Of a stretch of DNA of 64,000 nucleotides, positions 1 to 13,882 are shown one piece after another. Numbering within the stretch: position 1 is the stretch's first letter; each line of letters begins with the position of its first letter. A program made the translations under genes and the position numbers. The notes under the pieces were generated by a model. That model was given only the letters and a program-made list of their open reading frames with translations, ran no database searches and had not been told where the DNA came from. The stretch comes from Tubulanus polymorphus (Eukaryota; Animalia; Nemertea): positions 4,960,001 to 5,024,000 of the forward strand of contig NC_134035.1 of assembly GCF_964204645.1 (NCBI RefSeq). Reading direction: 5' to 3'.

Positions 1-2328
1 TTGACTTTATCTCAACCTTTGAACTGACTTTATTGTGTAGAAGGTTTATGAACTAAACTTCGGACATTCATAATTTCATACGTACTTCGTCACCAGCGAC
101 GAGGAGATGGCTTGCAAGCTTCACTTTGGCAAAACAAAGTGAGGAGTCCGTTGGGAAACAAACAATTTATAGTCACATCTAGTTTTCCAGAAAAATGTCA
201 TAAACCAAAAACTGAATCGGATAAAACAAGTACATAACTATTAACTTTAAAAATGCCTTAAGACTCTTAATTGAAAGCAGATTTCTTTAATAAAGCTAGC
301 TAAAACGGTGACGATAATATCGTTATTCCTTGGGTAGAAATATCGGCGTCAGATCTCGACCGTATAATGCTGCCCCTATGTAAAACCATAGCGGGATAAA
401 TGTGAACTAATTTTTCACTCGCCTGCCAGACACTTTTTACTGACTTATAGGACGGACTATTTACCAATTTGCGGGCCGGACCGTGTGAAATTCTGGAAAC
501 TGCACTGAAACTACACAACTGACAATGCTTCTACTAAGCATTAGTTAAGAAAGTGGGAAAATATGATTTGTTTCAACTGTGATTACTAAAGGCCTACAGA
601 TTACATTTGACATGGACCCTGCCGATTCAGTCCAGAAAAGATACAAAACCAGTATTAGAATTGGCTTCCAAAATTCTCAAGTTCTAACTTGTGGTTAGAT
701 ATCTATAAATTAAGATGATCTATTTGTTGAGATTTGGGATCTGGGATCTATTAGCAAAAACTCACTTGAATTGTTCGGTGGCAATGACTGTAGGGCTGGG
801 CCGACTGCTCAGACTGTGCTTCTACGAGAGGCTCTCAAGTGCATTCGTTTTCAAATTTTGAATGAATTTTTCATCTACATTTCTCAAAATTTCAATTATT
901 TGGCCTTTTATGAGACATCCACAATCGATCGATAAGAACTTCCCCACCATCCTACCCTCGGCAGGAGTGGAATCAGGCCGTGGCCACACTGCTGACAGCA
1001 AAATGAAATGAAAAAGGCATTAAAACTTTAAAAAGGGCCACTATCCATGCCTTTCGAGAGACGAAATTTCGAAGTTTGAATATTATTTTCAAAGTTGTGA
1101 AATTCCACACGTTTTCTCAAACATTTTGGGCCTGGCGGCACTAGAAACAAAAGGAAACAGATCATCAGAAAATTTTACTCGATTCTAACTTTTTTCAACC
1201 TCACAGCTGGGGAAATTTCTCGAGGGCACTCGCCGTAGAATGAACGGCATCGCCACACTAGAGATCCCCTGACAGTCTGGTCCTGGACCCACCCTGGGGC
1301 CACGTGAAAACAAAAATCATTCGATACTTAATTACTTGCATCTGAATAATTGAATGTGCTAAAAATCGCCAGCTGTATGGTTTCAGCGCTGTTTCAAGAA
1401 TTTCAGAAAACTTTCTGAGTGCGGACCGCTCGACCAGAAACCCGGGGAGTTAACGAGTTCAAAGACTCTGGCACGCGAGTAAAAAGTTAATTTCCTGTTT
1501 TCCCGCTATCGTAAAATATAGGGGCAGCACTTGGCAGTTAATATCTGACCATGGACTACAATTCTACTGTGGCATGCGAGTAATAAATATATTCTTAAAT
1601 CTAATTTCATTCATCATTCAACATGATTTTGTTTTAATCAATAAATTCCATCTATAAAAAAGCTTTGTTTCAGGTAAATATGCTTTTAAAATGGTTTCAA
1701 AGTAATTTTAATGTAATCCATATCGTGCTTGTCAACCAAGGTCGTGTGGAGGCAAACATACCCTCAGAAGAAATATTTTCGTTTCGATCTAAATTTCCGT
1801 CGATTCAACTCAAAAAAGGTCCAATTTTGACAATATAAAGGTTTTAATTGACAATTTCTTACGCTTCCTTACATACACTAATGGGATTAGTTTAGTAGTA
1901 AGGGCAAGGTGGTAGGGTAAAAGCCAAATCAAAAGCCACCAAATTAAATTTTATTTCCTCGCGACCTCTCTCTCTGCCGTCCTCCTCGTCCTCACTATCA
2001 CCACTACCACCACTTACACCAACGAACTAGCGCGAATGGCAGTGGCACCAGTCACTTGGCTTACCCTCTGAGTCTGGTCTTACTTCATGAAGTAGCTCAG
2101 AATTGTACCAGATGTTTTATGGGTTTCACAACTAATTAAAGAAACTATACTAACTAAACTTGGCCCCTCTGCTGCCCTGGACCTACTATTATTCAAGCTC
2201 CTACCAATTGAACATCAACACTATAAAGTTATTCATATTTTTCTTTCATTTCAGAAGACTCTTGAAGAATTTCAACAAATACCCGACCAGCAGGGACAGA
2301 TCAATTGCCGTCTGTAGAAAATACAAAA

Positions 2329-2898
2329 ATGGGTCTATTCGATCGTCTGGCCAGTTTTTTAGGCTTCGCTAAGAAGGAGGCGAAAGTTCTCATCGTCGGA
2401 CTCGACAACAGTGGAAAATCGTCGATAATCAACCATTTAAAACTACCGCAGTCTCAAACGAGCGACATCGTTCCGACCGTCGGGTTTAACATCGAAAAAA
2501 TCAAGAATAGCTCCATCTCGTTTACGATGTTCGACATGTCGGGTCAAGGTCGTTACCGCACTCTGTGGGAGCATTATTATAAAGATTGCGACGCGATCAT
2601 TTTCGTCATCGACAGTTCCGACAAACTGCGTTTAGTCGTCGCGAAAGACGAACTCGATTTGTTGATGCAACATCCGCAGATCAAACAACGACGCATCCCG
2701 ATTTTGTTCTTCGCGAATAAAATGGATTTGCGCGATTCGCTGTCGAGCGTTAAGTGCGTGAATTTGATGAAACTGGAAACGATTCAGGATAAAGCGTGGC
2801 ACATCTGTGACAGTAACGCGTTGACCGGCGAGGGTTTGACGCAAGGCGTCGAGTGGCTGACCGATCAGATCAAAGATTCCATTAACAATCGGCGTTAA
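2329..2898 (+). CDS. ARL6: ADP-ribosylation factor-like protein 6 (ARL6/BBS3), 189 aa, single coding exon
   Basis: The first ATG is at 2329 (MGLFDRLA, N-myristoylation-type start). Motifs: G1 [14 protein letters not shown]3 [16 protein letters not shown] (ARL6-type), G4 NKMD, and C-terminal [15 protein letters not shown] polypyrimidine/AG acceptor at 2241-2254 suggests a 5'UTR intron. Confidence 0.95.
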   Translation: MGLFDRLASFLGFAKKEAKVLIVGLDNSGKSSIINHLKLPQSQTSDIVPTVGFNIEKIKNSSISFTMFDMSGQGRYRTLWEHYYKDCDAIIFVIDSSDKLRLVVAKDELDLLMQHPQIKQRRIPILFFANKMDLRDSLSSVKCVNLMKLETIQDKAWHICDSNALTGEGLTQGVEWLTDQIKDSINNRR

Positions 2899-2923
2899 AC
2901 AAATGATTGCGGTTCGATTCACG

Positions 2924-3223
2924 ATAAATATACATTCAGATGCTGCAGTAAACCTTGCCTAACTCGGACAAAACATTGTTTTTTTTCGAACCTTTACTCG
3001 AACTTCACTGAGAACCTTAGTGTCAGTGGTGTATCGCTGTCGCGACCTATGACATGGTTCATGCGAGCTCTTAATAAATATACATTCAGATGCTGCAGTA
3101 AACCTTGCCTAACTCGGACAAAACATTGTTTTTTTTCGAACCTTTACTCGAACTTAACTGAGAACCTTAGTGTCAATGGTGTATCGCTGTCGCGACCTAT
3201 GACGTGGTTCATGCGAGCTCTTA
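2924..3223. repeat. 150-bp direct tandem duplication (2 copies) just 3' of ARL6
   Basis: 2924-3073 and 3074-3223 are near-identical (ataaatatacattcagatgctgcagtaaacc...atgcgagctctta). Confidence 0.95.
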
Positions 3224-3384
3224 GTACACGCGGTATATGGAGCACCGTGAACCGGACACTCTCGGGACTTGGTGAATCTCATTTAGGCCTAACTGGTCCC
3301 AGTTAGTAGGCGAGGTTAACTATCCTTCAGTCAAGCCCGCTGAAGTCGGAATTTCAAGCCAATTTTCTGCGTTAGTCATGGTAG

Positions 3385-3680
3385 CATCCTCCCTCGGCAG
3401 GGATTCAAACCTAATGGCATCGCTACACTCAGCCATGCCACGAACCCCTGTCACGTTAGCTTTGCTGCATGAAAAATGTGGCACCAATGAGTTTGCTCGT
3501 TGTATAATCACTGAGGAAATTGCACGGAACTGTAAATGGGAAAACCCTGGCTAAAATAAAACAGGGTTTCTGATTGGCTAATAATGACATCATTCTAAGC
3601 TGTGCACTCAGTCTAGTGTAGCAGGGTTTCGTACCGTGGCAATCTCGATGCCATCAGGTTCCCTGCCGCCGGGGAGTATG
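3385..3680. mobile_element. Non-autonomous fold-back element (hAT-like MITE) with tRNA-like inverted ends, copy 1
   Basis: It is a reverse-complement match to 55938-56255. It begins catcctccctcggcagggattcaaacctaatggcatcg and ends cgatgccatcaggttccctgccgccggggagtatg. A half copy lies at 8894-9052 and a diverged single end at ~948-990. Confidence 0.75.
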
Positions 3681-5229
3681 TCATAGTTAGATGTTTTGGA
3701 CCATTTCCTTATACGCTTTCGATGTTGAATATGTTCCATATAAGTAGCATTTTCACTTACCGCAAATCAAACAAAAATCCCTGTTCAAAAAAGATCCGAC
3801 TTACTCTGGTTTTACTGTATGTCATCTCTAAGTCAAACAACGAATGATTATTCAAACTGGGCTCACTGTTTCTTGATATAACGATTCAATCATTATTATT
3901 TGATTGATTTAATTACGATTTTTCAATCGTTGCTGCATACGTGTATGTTTTTCCCTAGTCTATTTATTATAAGACCGATGTTATAACTGTTTAAAAGATC
4001 AAAAACCCACAACGGTTCCAAGTAAAATCTGACATGATGTTGCCTTTAAATGTTGTCTAATTGTTGAAGCGGGTAGCGGGTATGTTTGGGAGCGTTCAAA
4101 TAGCACGTACAATCTTCGGGGAAAGGGATAAAAGAATACTGTACTATCTTTGTTACAGGGGAGGGGGTTTCAGAAAAATGTACATACTTTTCTGATCATA
4201 CTTTTCTGGGTCTTAGAAAAATGTAAGTACTTAGTGGACGAGAGATGTCCAAAATTATCTCACACACCCTCAGATACAAATTATTGAATTAGTATATCCT
4301 AAATCATCCCACTACTTCTAAGATCTACATATGATTTTATATAATAGACATATCTTCAGCATCTCAGCGTTTTTCAATTACAGGTAGGTCAACAATTTAA
4401 GCGTTATATTATGGCCAAAACGTTGGTCTTTTGAATAAGTACCGAGATCGTGAAAGCGGGAGGGCGTCTAAAACATGGCGAATTCGACCGTTAAAGTACT
4501 ATTCGAACGCTCCTTTTGACAAATGAATAGTTTTTGGCTAGCCGCCGATTAGTGCCTAAGGGTCATTCTATAGAATACAGGTGAAAGATTGGCCACATCC
4601 TACCGATGTTCAATGCGACGATGCAAAAATCGGCGAAATTGTTCTCAATAACTATAGTGATAATCATCTGAGATTTGTTGAGAGATTTTCCACCGTTTTT
4701 AAAAACCGTCCATCAATCATCCAACTGCGCGGGGCCGATTGTATTAGTCATTTATAAACTGTATCTGATTATAGTTTATCTGATTATAGTGCCGATATTC
4801 GTTATATGTTGTCCACTCACTGAATTGTGACAATAAAGTGTTTACATTCACTACTCAATTTTGTTTGTTGATTGAATTTCTTTCTTCATGTTTCGTACGC
4901 GTCGTAATGGAAAGATGAATTAATTTTCAATGGTACTGTTGATTTTCTGATAGAAAAAGAAACTCCGAAAAAATTTCCCCCTTAAGATTTTTGATAGATA
5001 GGAATTTACTTTCTGGCGGAAGATATAATTCCCGCATCGTCCTGAATTTGTGGTGGCTAGGGCACTTGAAAAAATGCGAACACTTTGGCAATTATCCGGC
5101 AGATAATTCGAAAAATTATAATCACGAATTCGCCCAAAAAATCATAGAATTCGAAAATAAAGTGACACGTATTATGCTAGTGGTATCTATTATTATATCT
5201 ATTTTCTCTTCCCCGTCCAGGTATCTTAT

Positions 5230-7983
5230 CTAGTTTTCCAGCGTCATAGCGCGAAATGCTTCCATGTATTTGTTTTTAGCGTGACATGTGTATTGGGAAT
5301 CCCAGCCGGTCAGGTCAGCTGCTGTCGGCGACCAGATCACCAAACGAGCCATTACCGATACGGGTTGACGAGATGTAACCACCCTCATGTTGCCCGTTGA
5401 TGTCAACTCGGTGGATTCTTTTTCGAAGTCGCTCAAATCGTGCATCCTTTGCGTCTTGTAGAAACGAACTTCTGGAAGCGGATATCCGGTGGTATCGCAG
5501 TTCAAGATAACCTTAAACAAAACAAAATATACGATTGAACAAAATAGGACAGGACCCAGTGCATCGCAGATTTCGAAGTTCGGTCCATGTACTAACTAAT
5601 TGAAATTCATTTACAAATTTTTTAACGATAGAGTCAATTTTTAACACCGAATGAGTCCAGAATTTATAGTAATTCGGTTGGACCAAAACTTAACAGCAGT
5701 AACAAACGTAACGGACGACCAGGAACAATTTTGAAATTACCTCTTTCTTGCTAGTTGCATTGGACACTGTTTCATGCATTTCGTTGTTTGAAATGAATCT
5801 AATCGGTTCAAACTGCGCGAATTTGATCGCTTTCGTTTGAATGGGATGTCGATAACCGACATCCAACTTCCACTGATCCTCGAAAATCGCTGACTGGCTT
5901 CCATCCACTTTGAAATAGGATATGAGAAAGTTTTCCGCGCGAATCATCGAAACTGGTTTTACGAATTGACCATTTTTGCTCGTCATTAGAATATAAGGAC
6001 TCGGATAAGCCACAGAGAATACAGTGACCATGGTCTTCTCTTTATGGCTGATAGGTACTACACCAAACTTCTCCAAAGCGTCCGTGTTGGCGTACCATAA
6101 ATTCTGGTACAACGGAAGTGTATATACCAATACATTTCTGATCTTTCCGAAATCGCCTCTCTTGGTGATGAAAGAACACATGGAAGTGTGAATCTCAACT
6201 ACTTTGTCGACGCCTAAGTTCAAGTATGGAACTGATGCGCAGTATTCACCAGTATTTTCATCTGTTGCGTTCAGTTTAACGACTATCTTCGCCTCGTAGG
6301 TCATATCGTCGATCCATTTGTTATATGTTCCGTGATTGTCGATCGAGTTCGGACTGTAATGGTCCGTTTTTTTACCGTCGTTTGCGACGAATCTGTACCA
6401 GTCGTATGCAGCCCTCAAGACGCCTCTGCTTGCTTTACTGCGTGAGAATTGCGGGGCCGCATCAGTGACATCGAACGTCAAGCGTCGCTGTAACGTCACC
6501 GTACCATTGACTGTATCTTCCAGCAGTATTGTCTCCGGAGACCCGGTAGCTTTACCCAACGGGACATCGCGCACGATTACCATTTTACCGGCATTTACCA
6601 TGACATGTATGGTGTATGTTTGGCAGCCAGTCAGTATTATCATCAGTCGGTACATTCCTAGTTTTTCTAGTTTTTCTGGGGCTGATTCGACTTCTAAACG
6701 TGCTGTTGTTGACGAGCCCGAAGTTTGTTGAGATATTTTACCGTATCCATCATCATCTCCAGCATCTGGAAATATAAATTCAGAGACCTTCGCATCATAC
6801 TGAGACTCACACTTCCTGATCTGCTGAAAATCGAAAGTATAAGAAACGAAAGAACTAAGTTTCTTTTTTTCCTTTTATACTACTGAAATCTCATCAGTTT
6901 TATTAATTATCAGTGATTTACAGGACGCCGGACGATGTTTTTTATGATTGCGACTTATGTAGATAAGTATTTCTAGTATATACGTATACGTATATGGACT
7001 AATTTACCCGTATTGGTGATCAGCACTTCTCGTTCGGGAAACCGAATATACCAGTGGGTTTCTAATTCCAGGCTCGTATCAGCGGTGACTGATATGACGA
7101 ACGGTTTTCGTGGTTTGTACTCGGAAACTTCAACTCGCCGAATCCAACCGAGATTATCCGAGCACTCATTATCCTGATCGTCTGCCCAAACAATACTAAA
7201 CGACGCGATACATACCTAAAACAATTCATACAAACAAAACATGGTCAGATCTGGTTAATGGATTAGTATCTCTGTTTATGGATTTCCATGATTTTGTTTG
7301 TAATTTCTGAAGACTCGTAGATTCAGATTCGCAGACGACCCTTTATTGTATTCAAAATCCTTACGTACTGAGACATACAGAATATGGAAAGTATTTGAGA
7401 TCGATAGGTATAATAATAAACCAATAAAAAGAAAAACTAAATAAGTAGTTATATACACTTGAGATAGATATGTGAATGATTATATCAAAGCATTCAGTGA
7501 TGAATTTTCCAATGGCTTTTTGTAGATTACAATCGGTTATAAGATAACTATCAGGATATAGTCGAAACGTTAAAACAAACTCCAGCTCAGAGAAACATTT
7601 GAGACTCGCTTTTCTTTTATATTGTGCAATTATTTTGTGTATCATCGGTATTAATCGGAGAGTTTCATCAATATTAAAACGTGAAACTGCTAGGCCTTCA
7701 CCGTGAATTTAGTCGAAACGTTAAAATAAACTACAGTTCAAACAAACATTTGAGACTCGTTTTTCTTTTATATTGTGCAATTATGTTATGTATATATACA
7801 CGGATTCAGAGTGCTCCATCGAAACTGCTATAGGCCTACACCATGAATTTTCCTCTGATACATTTTAAAATATCTACAAAAATCGGTCATTCATTTATTC
7901 ATTTCTAAATCGAAAAAAGACTGAGACATCTTACTCACCGTGAAAATTACTGCGAAAAAGGACCAACTTAGCTTCCTCTCCAT
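5230..7983 (-). CDS. Secreted multi-Ig-like-domain protein, copy A (intact, 519 aa)
   Basis: Exons 7939-7983, 7008-7215, 5741-6765 and 5230-5511; all introns GT-AG, phases 0/1/0, 1560 nt total. Signal peptide MERKLSWSFFAVIFTVCIASFSIVWA. The last exon is I-set-like (LNCDTTGYPLPEVRFYK...ARLVI...QYTCHAKN). No TM segment before the stop. Confidence 0.8.
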
Positions 7984-8569
7984 AGTGCCTACACTGCGTG
8001 TGAACGGCCAGACTTGTATAAACAAGCCCTCTATTCACAAATGATGGAATATTTGGTCTTTTCACATAGATTACAAGTGGGTAATTGGTACGTTTAACAT
8101 ATTACCCGGTAACGTTTATCGTGATTACGAGTTGTTTTCCAAAGTAGGTCCTAAATATGTTTGTTAGAAATAATTCACATTCGAATCAACGTGTCCTCCT
8201 CCCCAATCACAAATATCATCAGACGCTTTACATTTACAAAATGGTGGCAAATCTTACCTGCAGAGAAAACGAAAAGTCACGATGGAAATATGATTTTTTG
8301 TTTCAAATTGCACACTGTTTTCTCAATGATAATTTTATGCTGAATGAATGACATAAACAAAATTATATAGGATTGAACGAATTCGAGGACCTGCATGTCT
8401 CCACTCACCGTAGGAGTTTATCATAGATCTTTCGTCGATGCAGTATTTTAAATTGTACACGATGCCAGTTCAAATGAGTATCGCCGAAAGTAAAATTGAC
8501 GATACCGTTTCTCACATTGGTCGACGTGGATTCGGGGAAAAGAAAGCACACACACTCATTTCGATTCTG

Positions 8570-8892
8570 AAGTACTCGGAAACTTCAACTCGCCGAATCC
8601 AACCGAGATTATCCGAGCACTCATTATCCTGATCGTCTGCCCAAACAACACCAGACGAGGCGATACATACCTGTAACATTTCATACAAACAAAACATGGT
8701 CAAAAAAGTGGTTTCTTGATTAGTATCTTTGTTCATGGATTTCCATGATTTTGTTTTTAACCTTACTGAAGATGACTATTTAGATAAAGTCGAAACGAGG
8801 AAATAATCATGAGTACGAAGAGAAATTTGGGACTCTTGCCCTGCGAGATGACGCCATAAGTATCTTACCCCGAAATATATATCTATGATAGA
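8570..8892 (-). pseudogene. Deleted fragment of a D-type Ig gene (5' half of exon 2 plus part of intron 1)
   Basis: It encodes VCIASSGVVWADDQDNECSDNLGWIRRVEVSEY fused directly to the 3' flank that normally follows the stop codon (cactcatttcgattctg). The intron sequence matches copy D (~19430-19651). Confidence 0.85.
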
Positions 8893-10613
8893 TTGGCTAA
8901 AATAAAACAGGGTTTCTGATTGGCTAATAATGACATCATTCTAAGCTGTGCACTCGGTCTAGTCTTCGTGCTTGCTCGTAGGTCTAGTGTAGCAGGGTTT
9001 CGTACCGTGGCAATCTCGATGCCATCAGGTTCTCTGCCTGCCGGCGAGAATGTCATAGTTAGATGTTTTGGACCAGTTCCTTATACGCTTTCGATGTTGA
9101 ATATGTTCCTTATAAGTAGCATTTTCACTTACCGCAAATCGAACAAAAATCCCTGTTCAAGAAAGATCCGACTTACTCTGGTTTTACTGTATGTCATCTC
9201 TAAGTCTAACAACGAATACTTATTCAAACTGGGCTCACTGTTTCTTGATATAACGATTCAATCATTATTATTTTATGATTTAATTACGATATTTTAATCG
9301 TTGCTGCATACGTGTATGTTTTTCCCTAGTCTATTTATTATAAGACCGATGATATAACTGTTTAAAAGATCAAAAACCCACGACGGTTCCAAGTAAAATC
9401 TGACATGATGTTGCCTTTAAATGTTGTCTTCGTTGTAGCGGGTAGCGGGTATGTTTGGGAGCGTTCAAATAGCACGTACAAACTTCGGGGAAAAGGAATA
9501 AAAGAATACCTTACTATCTTTGTTACAGGGGAGGGGTGTTAGAAAAATAAACATACTTTTCTGATCATACTTTTCTGGGTCTTAGAAAAATGTAAGTACT
9601 TAGTGGACGAGAGATGTCCAAAATTATCTCACACACCCTCAGATACAAATTATTGAATTAGTATATCCTAAATCATCCCACTACTTCTAAGATCTACATA
9701 TGATTTTATATAATAGACATATCTTCGCCATTAAATTCTGGCGCCTATCTCAGCGTTTTTCGATTACAGGTAGGTCAACAATTTAAGCGTTATATCATGG
9801 CCAAAACGTTGGTCTTTTGAGTAAGTACTGAGATCGTGAAAGGGGGAGGGCGTCTAAAACATGGCGAATTCGACCGTTAAAGTACTATTCGAACGCTCCT
9901 TTTGACAAATGAACAGTTTTTGGCTAGCCGCCGATTAGTGCCTAAGGGTCATTTATAGAATACAGGTGAAAGATTGGCCACTTCCTGCCGATGTTCAATG
10001 CGACGATGCAAAAATCGGCGAAATTGTTCTCAATAACTATAGTGATAATCATCTGAGATTTGTTGAGAGATTTTCCACCGTTTTTAAAAACCGTCCATCA
10101 ATCATCCAACTGCGCGGGCCCGATTGTATTAGTCATTTATAAACTGTATCTGATTATAGTTTAACGGAATTTCGCTGTGCTGATATTCGTTATATGTTGT
10201 CCACTCACTGAATTGTGACAATAAAGTGTTTACATTCACTACTCAATTTTGTTTGTTGATTGTATTTCTTTCTTCATGTTTCGTACGCGTCGTAATGGAA
10301 AGATCAATTTTCAATGGTACTTTTGATTTTCTGATAGAAAAAGAAACTCCCAAAAAATTTCCCCCATAAGATTTTTGATAGATAGGAATTGACTTTCTGG
10401 CGGAAGATATATTTCTCGCATCGTCCTGAATTTGTGGTGGCTAGGGGACTTGAAAAAATGCGAACACTTTGGCAATTATCCGGCAGATAATTCGAAAAAT
10501 TATAATCACGAATTCGCCCAAAAAATCATAGAATTCGAAAATAAAGTGACACGTATTATGCTAGTGGTATCTATTATCATATCTATTTTCTCTTCCCCGT
10601 CCAGGTATCTTAT

Positions 10614-13264
10614 CTAGTTTTCCAGCGTCATAGCGCGAAATGCTTCCATGTATTTGTTTTTAGCGTGACATGTGTATTGGGAATCCCAGCCGGTCAGGTC
10701 AGCTGCTGTCGGCGACCTGATCACCAAACGAGCCATTACCGATACGGGTTGACGAGATGTGACCACCCTCATGTTGCCCGTCGATGTCAACTCGGTGGAT
10801 TCTTTTTCGAAGTCGCTCAAATCGTGCATCCTTTGTGTCTTGTAGAAACGAACTTCTGGAAGCGGATATCCGGTGGCATCGCAGTTCAAGATAACCTTAA
10901 ACAAAACAAAATATACGATTGAACAAAATAGGACAGGACCCAGTGCATCGCAGATTTCGACGTTCGGTCCATGTACTAACCTAAGAATTGAAATTCATTT
11001 ACAATTTTTTAACGATAAAGTCAATCTTTAACACCGAATGAGTCCAGAATTTATAGAATTTCGGTTGGACCAAAACTTAACAGCAGTAACAGACGTAACG
11101 GACGACCATTAACAATTTTGAAATTACCTCTTTCTTGCTAGTTGCATTGTACACTGACTTATGCATTTCGTTGTTTGAAATGAATCTAATCGGTTCGAAC
11201 TTCACGAATTTGATCGCTTTCGTTTGAATGGGATGTCGATAACCGACATCCAACTTCCACTGATCCTCGAAAATCGCTGACTGGCTTCCATCCACTTTGA
11301 AATAGGATATGAGATAATTTTCCGCGCGAATAATCGAAACTGGTTTTACGAATTGACCATTTTTGCTCGTCATTAGAATATAAGGACTCGGATAAGCCAG
11401 AGAGAATACAGTGAATATGGTCTTCTCTTTATGGCTTATTGGTACCACACCAAACTTCTCCAAAGCGTCAGTTTTATCCTGCCATAAATTCTGGTACAAC
11501 GGAGCTGTATATACCATTACATTTCTGATCTTTCCGAAATCGCTTCTCTTGGTGATGAAAGAACACATGGAAGTGTGAATCTCAACTACTTTGTCGACGC
11601 CTAAATCCAAGTATGGAGCTGATGCGCAGTATTCGCCGGTATTTTCATCTGTTGCGTTCAGTTTAACGACCATCTTCGCCTCGTAGGTCAGATCGTCGAT
11701 CCATTTGTTATATGTTCCGTGATTGTTGATCGAGTTCGGACTGTAATGGTCCGTTGTCCGACCATCGTTTGCGACGAATCTGTACCAGTCGTATGTAGCC
11801 CTCAAGACGCCTCTGCTTGCTTTGCTGCGTGAGAATTGCGGGGCAGCTTCAGTGACATCGAACGTCAAGCGTCGGTGTAACGTCACCGTACCATCGACTG
11901 TATCTTCAAGCAGTATTGTCTCCGGAGACCCGGTAGCTCTACCCAACGGGACATCGCGCATGATTACCATTTTACCGGCATTTACCATAACATGTATGGT
12001 GTATGTTTGGCAGCCGGTCAGTGATATCATCAGTCGGTACATTCCTAGTTTTTCTAGTTTTTCTGGGGCTGATTCCACTTCTAGACGCGCTGTTGTTGAC
12101 GAGCCCGAAGTTTGTTGAGATATTTTACCGTATCCATCATCATCGCCAGCATCTGAAAATATGAATTCAGAGACCTTCGCAAAATACTCAGGACACTTCG
12201 ATCTGCTGAAAATCGAAAGTATGAGCAACGAATCTTATCAGCAATCTTCCTTTTATGCTACAAATATTTCATTATTCATATTGATTATCAGTGATGCACT
12301 GGACGCCGGATGATGTTACTTATAATTGCGACTTTCGTAGATTATAGTATTTCTGGTATAGGCCGATATGTAAAATAGAGATGGAATAATATACCCGTAT
12401 TGATGATTGGCACTTCTCGTTCAAAAGACCGAATATACCAGTGGGTTTCTAATTCCAGGCTCGTATCAGCGGTGACTGATATGACGAACGGTTTTCGTGG
12501 TTCGTACTCGGAAACTTCAACTCGCCGAATCCAACCGAGATTATCCGAGCACTCATTATCCTGATCGTCTGCCCAAACAACACCAGACGACGCGATACAT
12601 ACCTGTAACATTTCATACAAGCGAAACTTGGTCAAAAATCTGGTTACTTAATATCTTTGTTCATGGATTTCCATGATTTTGTTTGTAACCTTAATATTTC
12701 TGAAGATTCATAGATCAAGATTCACAGACGACTTTTTACTGTATTCAAAATCCCTACGTACAGAGACATACAGAACATATAAAAAAATATATGAGATCGA
12801 CAAGTATGGTGATAAGCAAATATAAGAAGTACTAAACAAGTATATTCATATACAGTTAAGATAGATACAAGACATGTGTATATGAATGATTACGTATATC
12901 AAATCATTCAGTGATGAATTTTCCAACGGCTTTGAGTAGATTACAATCGATTAGAAGATAACTATCAGGATATAGTCGAAACGTTAAAATAAACTACAGC
13001 TCAAACAAACATTTGTTCAAACAAACTCGTTTTTCTTTTATATTGAGCAATTATGTTATGTATTTACACGGATTCGGAGTGCTTCATCGAGATTAAAACG
13101 CGAAACTGCTATAGGCCTACACCACGAATTTTCCTCCGATACATTTTAAAATATCTACAAAAATCGGTCATTCATTTATTCATTTCTAAATCGAACAAAG
13201 ACTGAGACATCTTACTCACCGTGAAAATTACTGCGAAAAAGGACCAACTTAGCTTCCCTTCCAT
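10614..13264 (-). CDS. Secreted multi-Ig-like-domain protein, copy B (intact, 519 aa)
   Basis: Exons 13220-13264, 12395-12602, 11128-12152 and 10614-10895 have the same lengths (45/208/1025/282) and phases as copy A, and are open throughout. Confidence 0.8.
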
Positions 13265-13882
13265 AGTGCCTACACTGCGTGTGAACTGCCAGACTTGTAT
13301 AAACAAGCCCTCTATTCACAAATGATGGAATATTTGGTCTTTCCACATAGATTACAAGTGGGTAATTGCTACGTTTAACATATTACCCGGTAACGTTTAT
13401 CATGATTACGAGTTATTTTCATAAGTAGGTCCTAAATATGTTGTTAGATATAATTCACATTCGAATCAACGTGTCCTCCTCCGCAATCACAAATATCATC
13501 AAACGCTTTACATTTACAAAATGGTGGCAAATCTTACCTGGAGAGAAACGAAAAGTTACGATGGAAATATGATTTTTTTTTAAATTGCACACCGTTTTCT
13601 CAATGATGATTTTATTCTAAATAAATGACATAAACAAAATTGTATAACATTGCACGAATTCGAGGACCTGCGTGTCTCCACTCACCGTAGGAGTTTATCA
13701 TAGATCTTTCGTCGATGCATTATTTTAAATTGTACACGATGCCAGTTCAAATGAGTATCGCCGAAAGTAGAATTGACGACACCGTTTCTCACATTGGTCG
13801 ACGTGGATTCGGGGAAAAGAAAGCACAAACACTCATTTAGATTCTGTATAACTCAAATAATTGCGCCGTCCGTACATCTTAT

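Larger units (their letters stand above)
3549..8893. repeat. Segmental duplication unit (3' flank + Ig gene A + deleted D-type copy), repeated from 8894 onward
   Basis: 3549-5230 aligns almost base for base with 8894-10614. 8570-8892 matches ~19330-19651. Confidence 0.85.

Noticed and set aside
89-100. RFX X-box-like gtcaccagcgac upstream of the ciliary gene ARL6
   Set aside because: It is a short, imperfect match with atypical spacing, 2.2 kb from the ATG, and the transcription start is unknown.
6465-6731. Recurrent plus-strand ORFs overlapping the Ig genes (also 11822, 15055, 18678, 22283) and the mucin exon
   Set aside because: These are antisense shadows of real coding exons; they recur only because the DNA is duplicated.
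6766-6830. Alternative exon-3 acceptor ttttcagcag extending the Ig ORF upstream
   Set aside because: Its phase differs between copies A and B and the site is absent in D and E; only the downstream cag|AT acceptor is in phase in all five copies.
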